A DNA stretch of 64,000 bases. Source: Bacteroidota bacterium. GTDB taxonomy: Bacteria > Bacteroidota > Bacteroidia > AKYH767-A > OLB10. Under the pieces are notes generated by a model. That model ran no database searches and had not been told where the DNA came from. It saw nothing but the letters and a program-made list of their open reading frames with translations. Positions within the stretch are counted from its first letter, which is position 1, and each line of letters begins with the position of its first letter. Below are positions 55,357 to 64,000 of this stretch, one piece after another. The translations under genes and the position numbers were made by a program. The stretch spans positions 23,598 through 87,597 of the forward strand of contig JBJTMY010000063.1 in assembly GCA_046073825.1 (NCBI GenBank), given 5' to 3'.

Positions 55357-58095
55357 TTAGTTTAATACTGGAATTTCAGATTTAGCAAATGCTTTTTCTA
55401 TTAAAGCATGTTGTTCTTTATCATGTTGCTTATGCGACCCTGTTGCTGGGCTTGCGCTTGCTTCACGTGCAATCAACTTCAAACTAACGTTTGTCCACGT
55501 ACGTAAAAGATACGACCATGCGCCCATGTTTTCTGGCTCTTCTTGCAACCAAACGATTTCATTTGCATTTTTATATTTTGCCACAACTGCTTCCAATTGT
55601 TTTTGTGGGAATGGATAAAGTTGTTCTACACGTACCAAGGCCACTTCACTTTCCTTATCTGCTTGCTGACGTTCGAGCAAATCATAATATACTTTTCCTG
55701 AACAGAACACCACACGTTTTATAGATTTTGCATTAGCTGTTGTATCATCTATTACCTCTTGAAATCCACCTTTCGTCAAATCTGCGATAGTAGAAACACA
55801 TTTTGGATGACGAAGTAAACTTTTCGGTGTAAAGACCACCAAAGGTTTTCTGAACTCACGATGCATTTGACGACGCAACAAATGGAAGAAGTTTGCTGGA
55901 GTTGTACAATTTGCAATTTGCATATTATGTTCTGCGCATAACTGTAAGAACCGCTCTAAACGAGCACTGCTATGTTCTGCACCTTGTCCTTCATATCCGT
56001 GCGGCAACAACATCACCAATCCGTTCATGCGGCGCCATTTATCTTCGGCACTACTTAAATACTGATCGATGATAATTTGAGCTCCATTGCCAAAATCACC
56101 AAACTGTGCTTCCCATATTACCAATGAATCTGGTGAAGCGAAGGAATAACCATATTCGAATCCGAGTACGCCATACTCACTCAACAATGAGTTATAAATA
56201 TAAAATGGTGCTTGTTTATCTGAAAGATGACTTAACGGAACATATTGTTCTTCGGAATCTTCTAATCGTATAACGGCATGCCTATGTGAAAACGTACCAC
56301 GTTCTACATCCTGGCCACTCACACGAACAGGATATCCTTCATTCATCAAAGTGGCATAGGCTAGTAATTCTCCCATTGCCCAATCTAAGCGACCTGGTTC
56401 TTTTATCATTTGCTTTCGATCATCGAACAAGCGAACAATTTTATTGAAGAACTTTTTATCAGATGGTAAAGAGGTAATTTTATCTGCAAGTGAAAGAACT
56501 GTTTTTTTATCTACAGCTGTTACTGGCGACTGATCAAAATCGGCAGGAGTACTCAAGCGAAATTCTGACCAACGACCTTCCATGAAAGGAGTCACCTTAG
56601 TTTTTTCACGAAGCTTGGAGTTATCGAGGTTGCTTTGCAAAAGATCTTTGAATGACTTTTCCATTTCCTTTGCAAGATTTGCTTCTACTAAACCTTCTGA
56701 CAATAATTTCTGATTATAAATTTCACGAGGGTTTAAATGCTTCGCGATTTCTTTATACAAAAGAGGCTGGGTGAATCTAGGTTCATCTCCTTCATTATGT
56801 CCGTATTTACGGTAGCATAAAATATCGATAAACACATCCTGATGGAAGGTCTGACGATATTCCATTGCAAGACGAATTGTATATATCAGCGCCTCTACAT
56901 CATCTCCATTCACATGGAACACTGGCGATAATGTTACTTTGCCGATATCTGTGCAGTAGGTACTTGAACGGGCATCTGTATAGTTCGTGGTAAATCCAAC
57001 CTGGTTATTGATAACCAGATGAATGGTACCTCCTGTTGAATAACCTTTCAACAGAGACATTTGAATAACTTCATAAACAATACCTTGCGCTGCTATCGCT
57101 GCATCTCCATGAATTAGGATAGGTGCGATACTGTTCACAGTGTACTCTTTTGTTTCGTCAAGTTTTGCACGCACAATCCCTTCAACAATAGGATCTACTG
57201 TTTCGAGATGAGAGGGATTCGGAGTTAAGCTTAAATGCACTTTCTTTTTGTGCATTGTTTCTACATCAGTTGAAAAACCAAGATGATATTTCACATCGCC
57301 ATTAAAAGCATTCTCATCAAATTCTTTTCCTTCAAACTCTGAAAAAATATCCTCATAACTCTTTCCCAAAATATTCGCTAACACATTTAAGCGACCGCGA
57401 TGAGCCATACCAATAACAAATTCTTTAATTCCTAGCTCGGCGCCTGCATCAATTACAGCATCTAGTGCGGGAATTGTAGATTCAGCACCTTCAAGTGAGA
57501 ATCGCTTTTGACCAGTAAATTTAGTATGAAGGAAATTTTCGAAAGCCACCGCTTCATTCAATTTGTGAAGGATGCGTTTTTTTTCTTCAATAGAAAAAAG
57601 CTGACGATTTTTAGTTGCTTCCATTCTTGATTGAAGCCAATTAATTACTTCCGGATTACGAATGTATTTATATTCAGCACCCACACTTTGACAATACGTT
57701 TCATCGAGATGAGCGATTATATCTTTCAGTTTTGCAGGTCCAATTCCTAACTCTTGTCCTGCTGAAAAAACAGTTTCTAAATCGGCAGAAGCCAATCCGA
57801 AATTTTCAAGAGCTAAAGTAGGTTGGTATTTTCTGCGTTCACGAACCGGATTTGTTTTAGTGAAAAGATGTCCGCGGGAACGATAACCATTAATCAGGTT
57901 GATCACTTTAAACTCCTTATCTACTTTTTCAGGAATTACGTCTGACTCCTCTCCGAAGCGGGCACGGGCAAAATCGAACCCTAGAAAAAATTGTTTCCAG
58001 CTAGCATCTACGCTTTCTGGATTGCCTAAATACTGACGATACATTTCTTCTATTAATTCAGGAGAAATATTTCCGATAATACTATGTTGACTCAT
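55357..58095 (-). CDS. sucA: 2-oxoglutarate dehydrogenase E1 component
   Basis: 912 aa with ThDP-dependent E1o blocks (GMAHRGRLNVL, HGDAAIAAQG, LLPHGYEGQGAEHSSARLERFLQ). Confidence 0.95.
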   Translation of the reverse strand: MSQHSIIGNISPELIEEMYRQYLGNPESVDASWKQFFLGFDFARARFGEESDVIPEKVDKEFKVINLINGYRSRGHLFTKTNPVRERRKYQPTLALENFGLASADLETVFSAGQELGIGPAKLKDIIAHLDETYCQSVGAEYKYIRNPEVINWLQSRMEATKNRQLFSIEEKKRILHKLNEAVAFENFLHTKFTGQKRFSLEGAESTIPALDAVIDAGAELGIKEFVIGMAHRGRLNVLANILGKSYEDIFSEFEGKEFDENAFNGDVKYHLGFSTDVETMHKKKVHLSLTPNPSHLETVDPIVEGIVRAKLDETKEYTVNSIAPILIHGDAAIAAQGIVYEVIQMSLLKGYSTGGTIHLVINNQVGFTTNYTDARSSTYCTDIGKVTLSPVFHVNGDDVEALIYTIRLAMEYRQTFHQDVFIDILCYRKYGHNEGDEPRFTQPLLYKEIAKHLNPREIYNQKLLSEGLVEANLAKEMEKSFKDLLQSNLDNSKLREKTKVTPFMEGRWSEFRLSTPADFDQSPVTAVDKKTVLSLADKITSLPSDKKFFNKIVRLFDDRKQMIKEPGRLDWAMGELLAYATLMNEGYPVRVSGQDVERGTFSHRHAVIRLEDSEEQYVPLSHLSDKQAPFYIYNSLLSEYGVLGFEYGYSFASPDSLVIWEAQFGDFGNGAQIIIDQYLSSAEDKWRRMNGLVMLLPHGYEGQGAEHSSARLERFLQLCAEHNMQIANCTTPANFFHLLRRQMHREFRKPLVVFTPKSLLRHPKCVSTIADLTKGGFQEVIDDTTANAKSIKRVVFCSGKVYYDLLERQQADKESEVALVRVEQLYPFPQKQLEAVVAKYKNANEIVWLQEEPENMGAWSYLLRTWTNVSLKLIAREASASPATGSHKQHDKEQHALIEKAFAKSEIPVLN

Positions 58096-58123
58096 TTTGA
58101 TTAAACGCCTGATTGTGCAAGTG

Positions 58124-58131
58124 CAAAGATA
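58124..58131 (-). promoter_or_regulatory. -7 box TATCTTTG for sucAB
   Basis: Exact match on the minus strand, 28 nt upstream of the ATG at 58095. Confidence 0.4.
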
Positions 58132-58187
58132 AAATTTAACCTCTTACCATCATCGAAAAATCAGAAGGAATTACTGCGGGTTGCAGA

Positions 58188-59534
58188 TTAAGGGAACAGC
58201 CCTCCGGAATAATCGACTGTATTAACTAAAGGCAGGTTACTTTTATACTTCGAATTAATCGATTTGATACACTCATTAGCAACCATTGCGTAGCCTCGAG
58301 GGGTTAGATGATAGCCGTCTAATGAAACAGCTCCTCCATAAAACATAGCAGAAGTAGCAGAGGTACCACTGAAAGAATAACCACTTTTTAAATTCGACAT
58401 AAAGCGATTAAAATCGAAGAATGCAAACCCCTTTGCATTGGCTGCAGTTCGCAAATCAGAATTAAAAATTGCTATGCGATTAGAGATTTTACTCACTTCA
58501 TTGCTATCTAAAATATAGTTGGCAGGAATAGGTTTTTGAGGAGTGCCCCAACCGCCGCAATTAATCGAATCCGAAGTGATACAATTTAACACATATTCAC
58601 CCTTTCGAATTTGACGTATTACTCCACCAGTAGGTTCTGCAATAACAAGCGCATTATTACCAGCTGAAAAATGAAATCCAGGAGGAGAAATCATATTTAA
58701 ATCGTTAGCTTGCTGTGCAGATAATTTCAAATCGTCATACGATACAGCATTGAAATAAGGGATATCGGCAAGGTCTGGAATATTAACCACAATTCCTTTT
58801 TGTCCTGCACCTGTTAATCCATTAAAAATATAATTTATTGCATTCGCAAATGTATCTACAGGAGTGATATCATAGGTATTCAAACCACCAACCTCTCCTG
58901 CTCCACCAGAAAACGCATAGTTATATACGTCAGATGCGCCAATCCAAACCATTACAAAGGTAGGATTCACATATTGCACATCTCCTAATACAGTAGAAGA
59001 CAAACCAGCAATTCCTGTATCAGATGCCATTCGGTGATAAAAGAGATTACCAGCGGGATATGATTTACCAGCAAACTGACTATACGCTTGAAATGATTTT
59101 AAGCCTGGAATACAGTAATTATTATAATGTTTAGCGCCTAACCAATTTTGCGTGGCAGGATAAAAAGTATTTTTAAGAATCTGATAGGATAATTTATTTT
59201 GACAATTAATGTAACTCGATAAAGAAAACACACCAGAAAAAGCATTTGAAATATAATCATATCCAGCACCATTACCTGCGGGCATTAAAGCTTGATTAAA
59301 TTCTCCACCCTCTGCCAATTGAAATTTCTCGGCCAACAATAGAGGAACTGCAGCAGTTTGATTAATACGCGTAAGTGCGCCATCGGAAAACCCTGAACCA
59401 AAATCATCACCAATAGCCACAAAGCGAGTAAACACAGCTTGTCCACCGGTATAACGAGGTTCATCTAAATTAGGCTTACAAGAAACGAAAGCCGTAAAAA
59501 GTAAAAATAATATTAGCTTAAAATTAAAATTCAT
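58188..59534 (-). CDS. SGNH/GDSL-hydrolase-like lipoprotein with non-canonical block I and block III
   Basis: 448 aa. Lipobox LFTAFVSC. Block I reads AIGDDFGSGFSDG (Asp where the Ser nucleophile is expected). Block III reads WIGASDV. Block V DGYH is retained. The start overlaps the upstream FadL-like gene by 11 nt. Confidence 0.55.
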   Translation of the reverse strand: MNFNFKLILFLLFTAFVSCKPNLDEPRYTGGQAVFTRFVAIGDDFGSGFSDGALTRINQTAAVPLLLAEKFQLAEGGEFNQALMPAGNGAGYDYISNAFSGVFSLSSYINCQNKLSYQILKNTFYPATQNWLGAKHYNNYCIPGLKSFQAYSQFAGKSYPAGNLFYHRMASDTGIAGLSSTVLGDVQYVNPTFVMVWIGASDVYNYAFSGGAGEVGGLNTYDITPVDTFANAINYIFNGLTGAGQKGIVVNIPDLADIPYFNAVSYDDLKLSAQQANDLNMISPPGFHFSAGNNALVIAEPTGGVIRQIRKGEYVLNCITSDSINCGGWGTPQKPIPANYILDSNEVSKISNRIAIFNSDLRTAANAKGFAFFDFNRFMSNLKSGYSFSGTSATSAMFYGGAVSLDGYHLTPRGYAMVANECIKSINSKYKSNLPLVNTVDYSGGLFP

Positions 59535-60741
59535 AGTTCAATCCAATTCCACCAATAAGCGCATTCGACTTATAAGTACCGTTAAAATTATTTACATTCT
59601 TTGTCTCTTTTCGTTCTTTTATATTGGTAAATCCAATGAATGCATCGAAAGAAAACTGTTTATTCAACTGATAAGAAGTACCCGTGGTATAGGAAATCCT
59701 ATTGTAATCTGGGAAAGCTGGATTTACATAGGTATCTAAAACTGGAGATAAATCAAAAGCAAACCCTCCTCGAAAAACAACTTTTTTAGAGTATAAATAG
59801 CGAGCGCCAAAGCGAATAGCATAGGAGCTGCTTACATCTTGCTTTACGTTAAAATCACACTGCTGAAAATTTTCTACTTTAATTTTTAAAGAATCGATAT
59901 TTGTCCAGTTATAAATATTTACGTCCATTGTTATCAACCAATTTTCATCGAGCTCATAGCCTGCTCCTAATGAAATAACTGCGGGCAGTTTAACTGTAGA
60001 AGTACAATTAGAAGAAGATGCAGGCAACACTCCATTACTGACTAATGATACTGGAACATTTTTTAAAGTGGCGTCGCCTTTTGCTTTATAGGTCAATCCT
60101 GTTCGAGCAGATAAGCCAAGATGCCACTTCTGGTAATTATAATTTACGCCAAGGTTTAAGCCCATTGCTATTGCATTTAAATTATAATCAACCATTACAT
60201 CACCTGCTGCACTTTCATAGTTGAGGGATTTGGATGTTTTTTGATTATACCGAGTTACCATCAATCCACCACCTACAGAGAACTTATCATTCACACGATA
60301 AGAAATAGTTGGCTGAATATTCAGAACATTGGATTGATTGGCTGTACAAATATATTTACCTGCCCAATTTTCGTCCCATGCAATTTTGTTTTGAAACGGA
60401 TTATTTACTGCCAAACCTAAGTCGACCTTATCAGTAAATTTATAAACTCCATAAAGACTTATTGGAAGCAAATTCGATTTTAATGAATTGTATTTATCTC
60501 CCGTATTCATTAAAAAAACCGAATTCGGTGACGAAAAGTTTATAGCCGCATTGATGTAATTTTTCTTTAAGAAAGTCATTGTTGCTGGATTATTAAATGC
60601 AGCGCTACCATCCATTCCCAAGGAAGTAATACTACCTCCCATACCAGCAGATTTTATTCCCAAGAAGGGGTTGTCAGATATACCAGCATGAACGATGGCA
60701 GGAAATAGAACAAATAAAATGATTCGGCTGAGTTGACGCAT
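59524..60741 (-). CDS. OMPP1/FadL/TodX-family outer-membrane hydrophobic-compound channel
   Basis: Signal peptide, an N-terminal GMGGS...SAAFNNPA hatch motif, beta-strand periodicity and a C-terminal ...GLNYEF. A perfect -7 box at 60767..60760 overlaps the TTG at 60762, so the ATG at 60741 is preferred. Confidence 0.8.
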   Translation of the reverse strand: MRQLSRIILFVLFPAIVHAGISDNPFLGIKSAGMGGSITSLGMDGSAAFNNPATMTFLKKNYINAAINFSSPNSVFLMNTGDKYNSLKSNLLPISLYGVYKFTDKVDLGLAVNNPFQNKIAWDENWAGKYICTANQSNVLNIQPTISYRVNDKFSVGGGLMVTRYNQKTSKSLNYESAAGDVMVDYNLNAIAMGLNLGVNYNYQKWHLGLSARTGLTYKAKGDATLKNVPVSLVSNGVLPASSSNCTSTVKLPAVISLGAGYELDENWLITMDVNIYNWTNIDSLKIKVENFQQCDFNVKQDVSSSYAIRFGARYLYSKKVVFRGGFAFDLSPVLDTYVNPAFPDYNRISYTTGTSYQLNKQFSFDAFIGFTNIKERKETKNVNNFNGTYKSNALIGGIGLNYEF

Positions 60742-60759
60742 AAAGGGTAATAGGAGAAA

Positions 60760-60767
60760 CAAATTTA
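60760..60767 (-). promoter_or_regulatory. -7 box TAAATTTG for the FadL/SGNH-like pair
   Basis: Exact match on the minus strand, 18 nt upstream of the ATG at 60741. Confidence 0.4.
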
Positions 60768-60880
60768 TACTTCAATCAAGTTAGTTTAGCAGTGTTGAGA
60801 CGTAGTTATTAACACTTTTATGTGTTTTTTTGATTTGACATTTAAATCGATTTCACTTCGGAAGTTATGTTAGTACGCAT

Positions 60881-60888
60881 TACATTTG
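60881..60888 (+). promoter_or_regulatory. -7 box TACATTTG, 4 nt before the lhgO ATG at 60893
   Basis: Exact match to TAnnTTTG. Confidence 0.4.
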
Positions 60889-60892
60889 TTGC

Positions 60893-62110
60893 ATGGAAAA
60901 TAAGCACTTCGACATTATTGTTATCGGAGGAGGAATAGTTGGACTCTCGACTGCCTATAAGTTAAATCTGCACCGACCTGACTTGAAAATATTAGTTCTT
61001 GAAAAAGAAAACGCAGTAGCCTTCCATCAAACAGGAAGAAACTCCGGTGTTATTCATTCGGGCATTTATTATAAGCCAGGTAGCTATAAAGCCAAGAATT
61101 GTGTAGAGGGAAGAAGAGAGCTGGTTGCTTTTGCGAAAGAACACCACATTGCTCATGATATTTGCGGGAAATTAATTGTGGCAACTGACCCATCAGAATT
61201 ACCACACATGCATAAAGTGTACAACCACGGATTACAAAATGGTGTAGAAGATATCGAGTTAATTTCTGCTGAAAGAATAAAAGAAATTGAACCTTATTGC
61301 TCAGGGATTGAAGGAATACGAGTAGGATGTACGGGAATTATCGATTTCGTTGGCGTTTGCAAAGTGCTTGCAGATTTAATTGAACAAAAATTTCCAGGAA
61401 GCAAAGTTGCGTTGGAGCATGAAGTAACTGGATTTATTAAAGCGGATGGGAAAACAACAGTAGCAACTCCAAAAGGAAACTTTACCTGCAACAACATAGT
61501 AAATTGCACGGGACTACAAACCGATCGTATAGCGAAAAAAGATGGTGTTGATCCAGACATGAAAATTGTTGGATTCAGAGGAGATTACTACGAATTAACA
61601 GAAGCTGCCAAGCATAAAGTGAAGAATTTAATTTATCCTGTACCTAATCCACAATTTCCATTTTTGGGTGTGCATTTCACGCGGATGATTAATCACCCAA
61701 CAGAATGTGGGCCCAATGCGGTGTTTGTATTTAAGCGCGAAGGATATGGCAAAACAGATTTTAACTTAGCCGATACCGTTGATGCATTGAGTTATGCTGG
61801 TACTTGGAAATTATTTTTCAAGCATTGGCAATTTGGTTTAGATGAATATCGTAGAGCATTTAGCAAGCGATTATTTTTACAACGATTGCAACGACTACTT
61901 CCGGATTTAAAAATGGAAGACATTGTTCCAGGGAGAGCGGGTGTACGTGCGATGGCATTGGATTCATCGGGACAGATGATTGATGATTTTAAAATTGTAC
62001 ATAGCGATAATGCCTTGCATGTTTTAAATGCACCATCGCCTGCCGCCACCGCCTGTTTGGCCATTGGCAGCGCAGTAACTGATATGGCGAAGCAACATTT
62101 TAATATTTAA
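60893..62110 (+). CDS. lhgO: L-2-hydroxyglutarate oxidase/dehydrogenase (FAD-dependent)
   Basis: 405 aa. FAD fold FDIIVIGGGIVGLSTAY and LhgO-like blocks (GRNSGVIHSGIYYKPGS, VLNAPSPAATA). Confidence 0.8.
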   Translation: MENKHFDIIVIGGGIVGLSTAYKLNLHRPDLKILVLEKENAVAFHQTGRNSGVIHSGIYYKPGSYKAKNCVEGRRELVAFAKEHHIAHDICGKLIVATDPSELPHMHKVYNHGLQNGVEDIELISAERIKEIEPYCSGIEGIRVGCTGIIDFVGVCKVLADLIEQKFPGSKVALEHEVTGFIKADGKTTVATPKGNFTCNNIVNCTGLQTDRIAKKDGVDPDMKIVGFRGDYYELTEAAKHKVKNLIYPVPNPQFPFLGVHFTRMINHPTECGPNAVFVFKREGYGKTDFNLADTVDALSYAGTWKLFFKHWQFGLDEYRRAFSKRLFLQRLQRLLPDLKMEDIVPGRAGVRAMALDSSGQMIDDFKIVHSDNALHVLNAPSPAATACLAIGSAVTDMAKQHFNI

Positions 62111-62112
62111 AA

Positions 62113-62140
62113 AAATAGGGAAGCTAATGCTTCCCTATTT
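62113..62140. terminator. Bidirectional intrinsic terminator between lhgO and msrA
   Basis: 12-bp stem AAATAGGGAAGC/GCTTCCCTATTT with loop TAAT, and A/T runs on both sides. Confidence 0.75.
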
Positions 62141-62153
62141 TAATTAAACTCAA

Positions 62154-62816
62154 TTACTTCCTTAGTTTATTACCAAATACTTTTTTAAACTTTTCCACTT
62201 TGGGCTGGATAACCAAAGAACAATAAGGTTGGTTTTGATTTTCGTTATAGTAATTTTGATGATAGTCTTCGGCTTTATAAAATGCAGTATAAGGACTTAC
62301 CTCCGTAACAACCGGATTGGGATATGCTTTTTCTGAATTCAGTTTAGCAATATAGTTCGTTGTTAATTCTTTTTGATGATCGTTATGATAAAACACTACT
62401 GAACGGTATTGCGTACCTACATCAGCACCTTGGCGATTTAACGTAGTAGGATCATGAACAGTCCAAAATACTTGCAACAATTCATCGAATGAAATTTTAG
62501 TTGTATCATAGACAATCTGAACCACCTCTGCATGACCTGTTGCTCCGCTACACACTTGCTCATAAGAAGGATTGACTCTTTGTCCGCCAGAATAACCACT
62601 CTCCACTGATATTACTCCGTTTAATTGCTGATAAATTGCCTCTACGCACCAGAAACATCCTCCACCGAATGTTGCGGTATCTAAATTAGTTTGTTCCATT
62701 GCTGTTAATTTTTGATGATTGTTTAACTGATCTGATTTTGATTGTTGACCCTTGTTAGGATTCGTACAGGACATTAAGATGATAGCGCCTGCTAAACTGA
62801 TTAAATATTGTTTCAT
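62154..62816 (-). CDS. msrA: Peptide-methionine (S)-S-oxide reductase MsrA with a lipoprotein-type signal peptide
   Basis: GGGCFWC active site. The N-terminus MKQYLISLAGAIILMSC is a lipobox. An internal Met 40 codons downstream could also give a signal-less form. Confidence 0.88.
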   Translation of the reverse strand: MKQYLISLAGAIILMSCTNPNKGQQSKSDQLNNHQKLTAMEQTNLDTATFGGGCFWCVEAIYQQLNGVISVESGYSGGQRVNPSYEQVCSGATGHAEVVQIVYDTTKISFDELLQVFWTVHDPTTLNRQGADVGTQYRSVVFYHNDHQKELTTNYIAKLNSEKAYPNPVVTEVSPYTAFYKAEDYHQNYYNENQNQPYCSLVIQPKVEKFKKVFGNKLRK

Positions 62817-62878
62817 GATTAATAATTTTCAGATTAGTCGTATGAAATTATTAATCCTTACAACAAATCAAACATTTT

Positions 62879-63559
62879 TTAGTTTTCCGATTTAAAATGC
62901 GGACTAACAAAGTCTTTCAAATAAAAAGGCTCGAAGTAGGCAACATCCTCAAACGTTTGTTCTTGAAAAGCTTTTAACGCAGGCTTTACAAGACCAATAG
63001 CAGAAACAGAAAAATGCTCATTGAAATGCAACTGCTGCTGATTTTCAAATATTGATTTTGACTTTGTTGTTCCACTGCCAATTAATGTATAATTATATTG
63101 GGTTTGAAATGCAAAACTATTTTCGTGTAACACTTCGGCAACGATGGGATGAATTTCTTCTAATTGCGAATTATAAATTGCGCCATACACTTCCATGCGA
63201 CGAGCATCCAATAGCGGCACTACGTAACCGTTATAATCAGGATATTGAAGATAAAACTGCTGCGCCATAGATTGAGTAGTAGCAATAGCGATGAGTGGAA
63301 TATTAAGAGCATAACAAAATCCTTTTGCAGTAGAAACACCAATACGAAGTCCGGTATAACTGCCAGGCCCCTTACTCACTGCGATAGCTTTTAAATCGGC
63401 TGGTTTTACATTAGCCTCCTTCAACACCTCATCAATAAACACTGCAAGAGAAGAGGCATGATCACGAATGGGAGGAGATGTTTTTTCAGCAATTACCACC
63501 CCTTGATCAGCCAGCACTACCGAGCAAATATCGGTAGCTGTTTCAATATGCAGAATCAT
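62879..63559 (-). CDS. tsaB: tRNA threonylcarbamoyladenosine (t6A) biosynthesis protein TsaB
   Basis: 226 aa. N-terminus ILHIETATDICSVVLA and the GPGSYTGLRIG motif. Confidence 0.88.
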   Translation of the reverse strand: MILHIETATDICSVVLADQGVVIAEKTSPPIRDHASSLAVFIDEVLKEANVKPADLKAIAVSKGPGSYTGLRIGVSTAKGFCYALNIPLIAIATTQSMAQQFYLQYPDYNGYVVPLLDARRMEVYGAIYNSQLEEIHPIVAEVLHENSFAFQTQYNYTLIGSGTTKSKSIFENQQQLHFNEHFSVSAIGLVKPALKAFQEQTFEDVAYFEPFYLKDFVSPHFKSEN

Positions 63560-64000
63560 TATTCCTCGGTAACAAAAAGTTCGTCTTTTGAAACAATTTT
63601 TACATCATCGCCATCTTTCAACGACTTAGAAATAGCTCTAAAAGGAGAAGTGACCACCTTATCCGCATCTGTTAACCCTTCTAAAATCTGAATGTTTAAA
63701 TTATCCTGAATACCCGTTTTTACAAACTTCATTTTCACCTTTCCATCTACTACTACAAAAACACATTCTTTTACTTTAGAGGTAGCAATATCGGCACCTT
63801 TCAAATTTTCTGTCTTTATCGTATCACGAGTAGTAACTGCTGCGATTGGAACTGATAATACATTTCCAACGCGATTAGTTATAATATCAATTGTTGTAGA
63901 CATTCCAGGTCGGAATGGACTAAAGTCGATGGACTTACCCTCTAATAAATCCTGATAAGACTCTCGTAAAATTCTTGCTTTCACGGTATAGTTTGTTACC
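63559..64000 (-). CDS. 3' part of an efflux-transporter periplasmic adaptor subunit (HlyD/MacA-like), 5' end outside the window
   Basis: The frame stays open to the window edge (...VTNYTVKARILRESYQDLLEGKSIDF...). The C-terminal beta-barrel/MP-like region is ...VFVVVDGKVKMKFVKTGIQDNLNIQILEGL.... The stop overlaps the tsaB start by 1 nt. Confidence 0.6.
   Translation of the reverse strand, partial: VTNYTVKARILRESYQDLLEGKSIDFSPFRPGMSTTIDIITNRVGNVLSVPIAAVTTRDTIKTENLKGADIATSKVKECVFVVVDGKVKMKFVKTGIQDNLNIQILEGLTDADKVVTSPFRAISKSLKDGDDVKIVSKDELFVTEE

Noticed and set aside
54093-62110. A possible functional cluster linking lhgO (which produces 2-oxoglutarate) with sucAB.
   Set aside because: The genes are separated by the FadL/SGNH-like pair, lie on opposite strands and have their own promoters and terminators. 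Proximity alone is not evidence.
63559-63984. The track's 141-aa ORF, read as a complete small gene.
   Set aside because: The frame stays open to nt 64000 and the sequence is the C-terminal half of a membrane-fusion (adaptor) protein. The annotated GTG start is an artefact of the window edge.
1-64000. A search for CRISPR arrays, tRNA/rRNA genes, IS elements, integrases, phage or defence-system genes and toxin-antitoxin pairs.
   Set aside because: None was found. The only tandem repeats are in-frame low-complexity coding repeats in infB and the DksA-like gene. Every spacer longer than 100 bp is accounted for by promoters or terminators, apart from 45.7-46.0 kb.

Overview
This is an AT-rich chromosomal segment whose gene content and signals point to a Bacteroidota genome. 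It has T9SS C-terminal sorting domains, TAnnTTTG -7 promoter boxes, alternative complex III and a long type-2-like IleRS. I call 52 protein-coding genes, two of them cut by the window edges, and roughly 85% lie on the minus strand. I found no rRNA, tRNA, CRISPR array, transposase, integrase, phage gene or recognisable defence or toxin-antitoxin module, so this reads as a core housekeeping region rather than an accessory island.

Main blocks:
- An 11-kb actABCDEF-coxII-coxI respiratory operon (9.9-21.2 kb).
- A separate oxidase accessory operon with ctaB, two subunit-III paralogues, subunit IV, SCO, DUF420 and a small CxxC protein (47.9-52.2 kb).
- Two kynurenine-pathway genes, kmo and kynU (5.3-9.8 kb).
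- rimP-nusA-infB (30.0-34.8 kb).
- ileS, a DksA-like gene and lspA (36.0-41.0 kb).
- sucAB (54.1-58.1 kb).
- Two T9SS cargo genes, an S46 peptidase, recJ, trhO, an alkD-like gene, nfu, lhgO, msrA and tsaB.

I cannot point to a clear-cut new multi-gene system. The items most worth follow-up are:
- A DksA/TraR-like regulator carrying a roughly 175-aa lysine-rich histone-H1-like tail.
- An intrinsic-terminator-like hairpin between the predicted promoter and the start codon of rimP-nusA-infB.
- A PhrB/CryB-type photolyase homologue that seems to have lost three of its four Fe-S cysteine ligands.
- A PNGase F-like T9SS protein split by a roughly 520-aa insertion and apparently co-transcribed with an S46 dipeptidyl peptidase.
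- An ActA with a sixth, tethered haem-c module.
- A FadL channel translationally coupled to an SGNH-like lipoprotein with a degenerate catalytic motif.
- Repeated placement of perfect -7 boxes only 4-7 nt from start codons, which suggests leaderless mRNAs.

All homology statements rest on motif recognition by eye. No database search was run.
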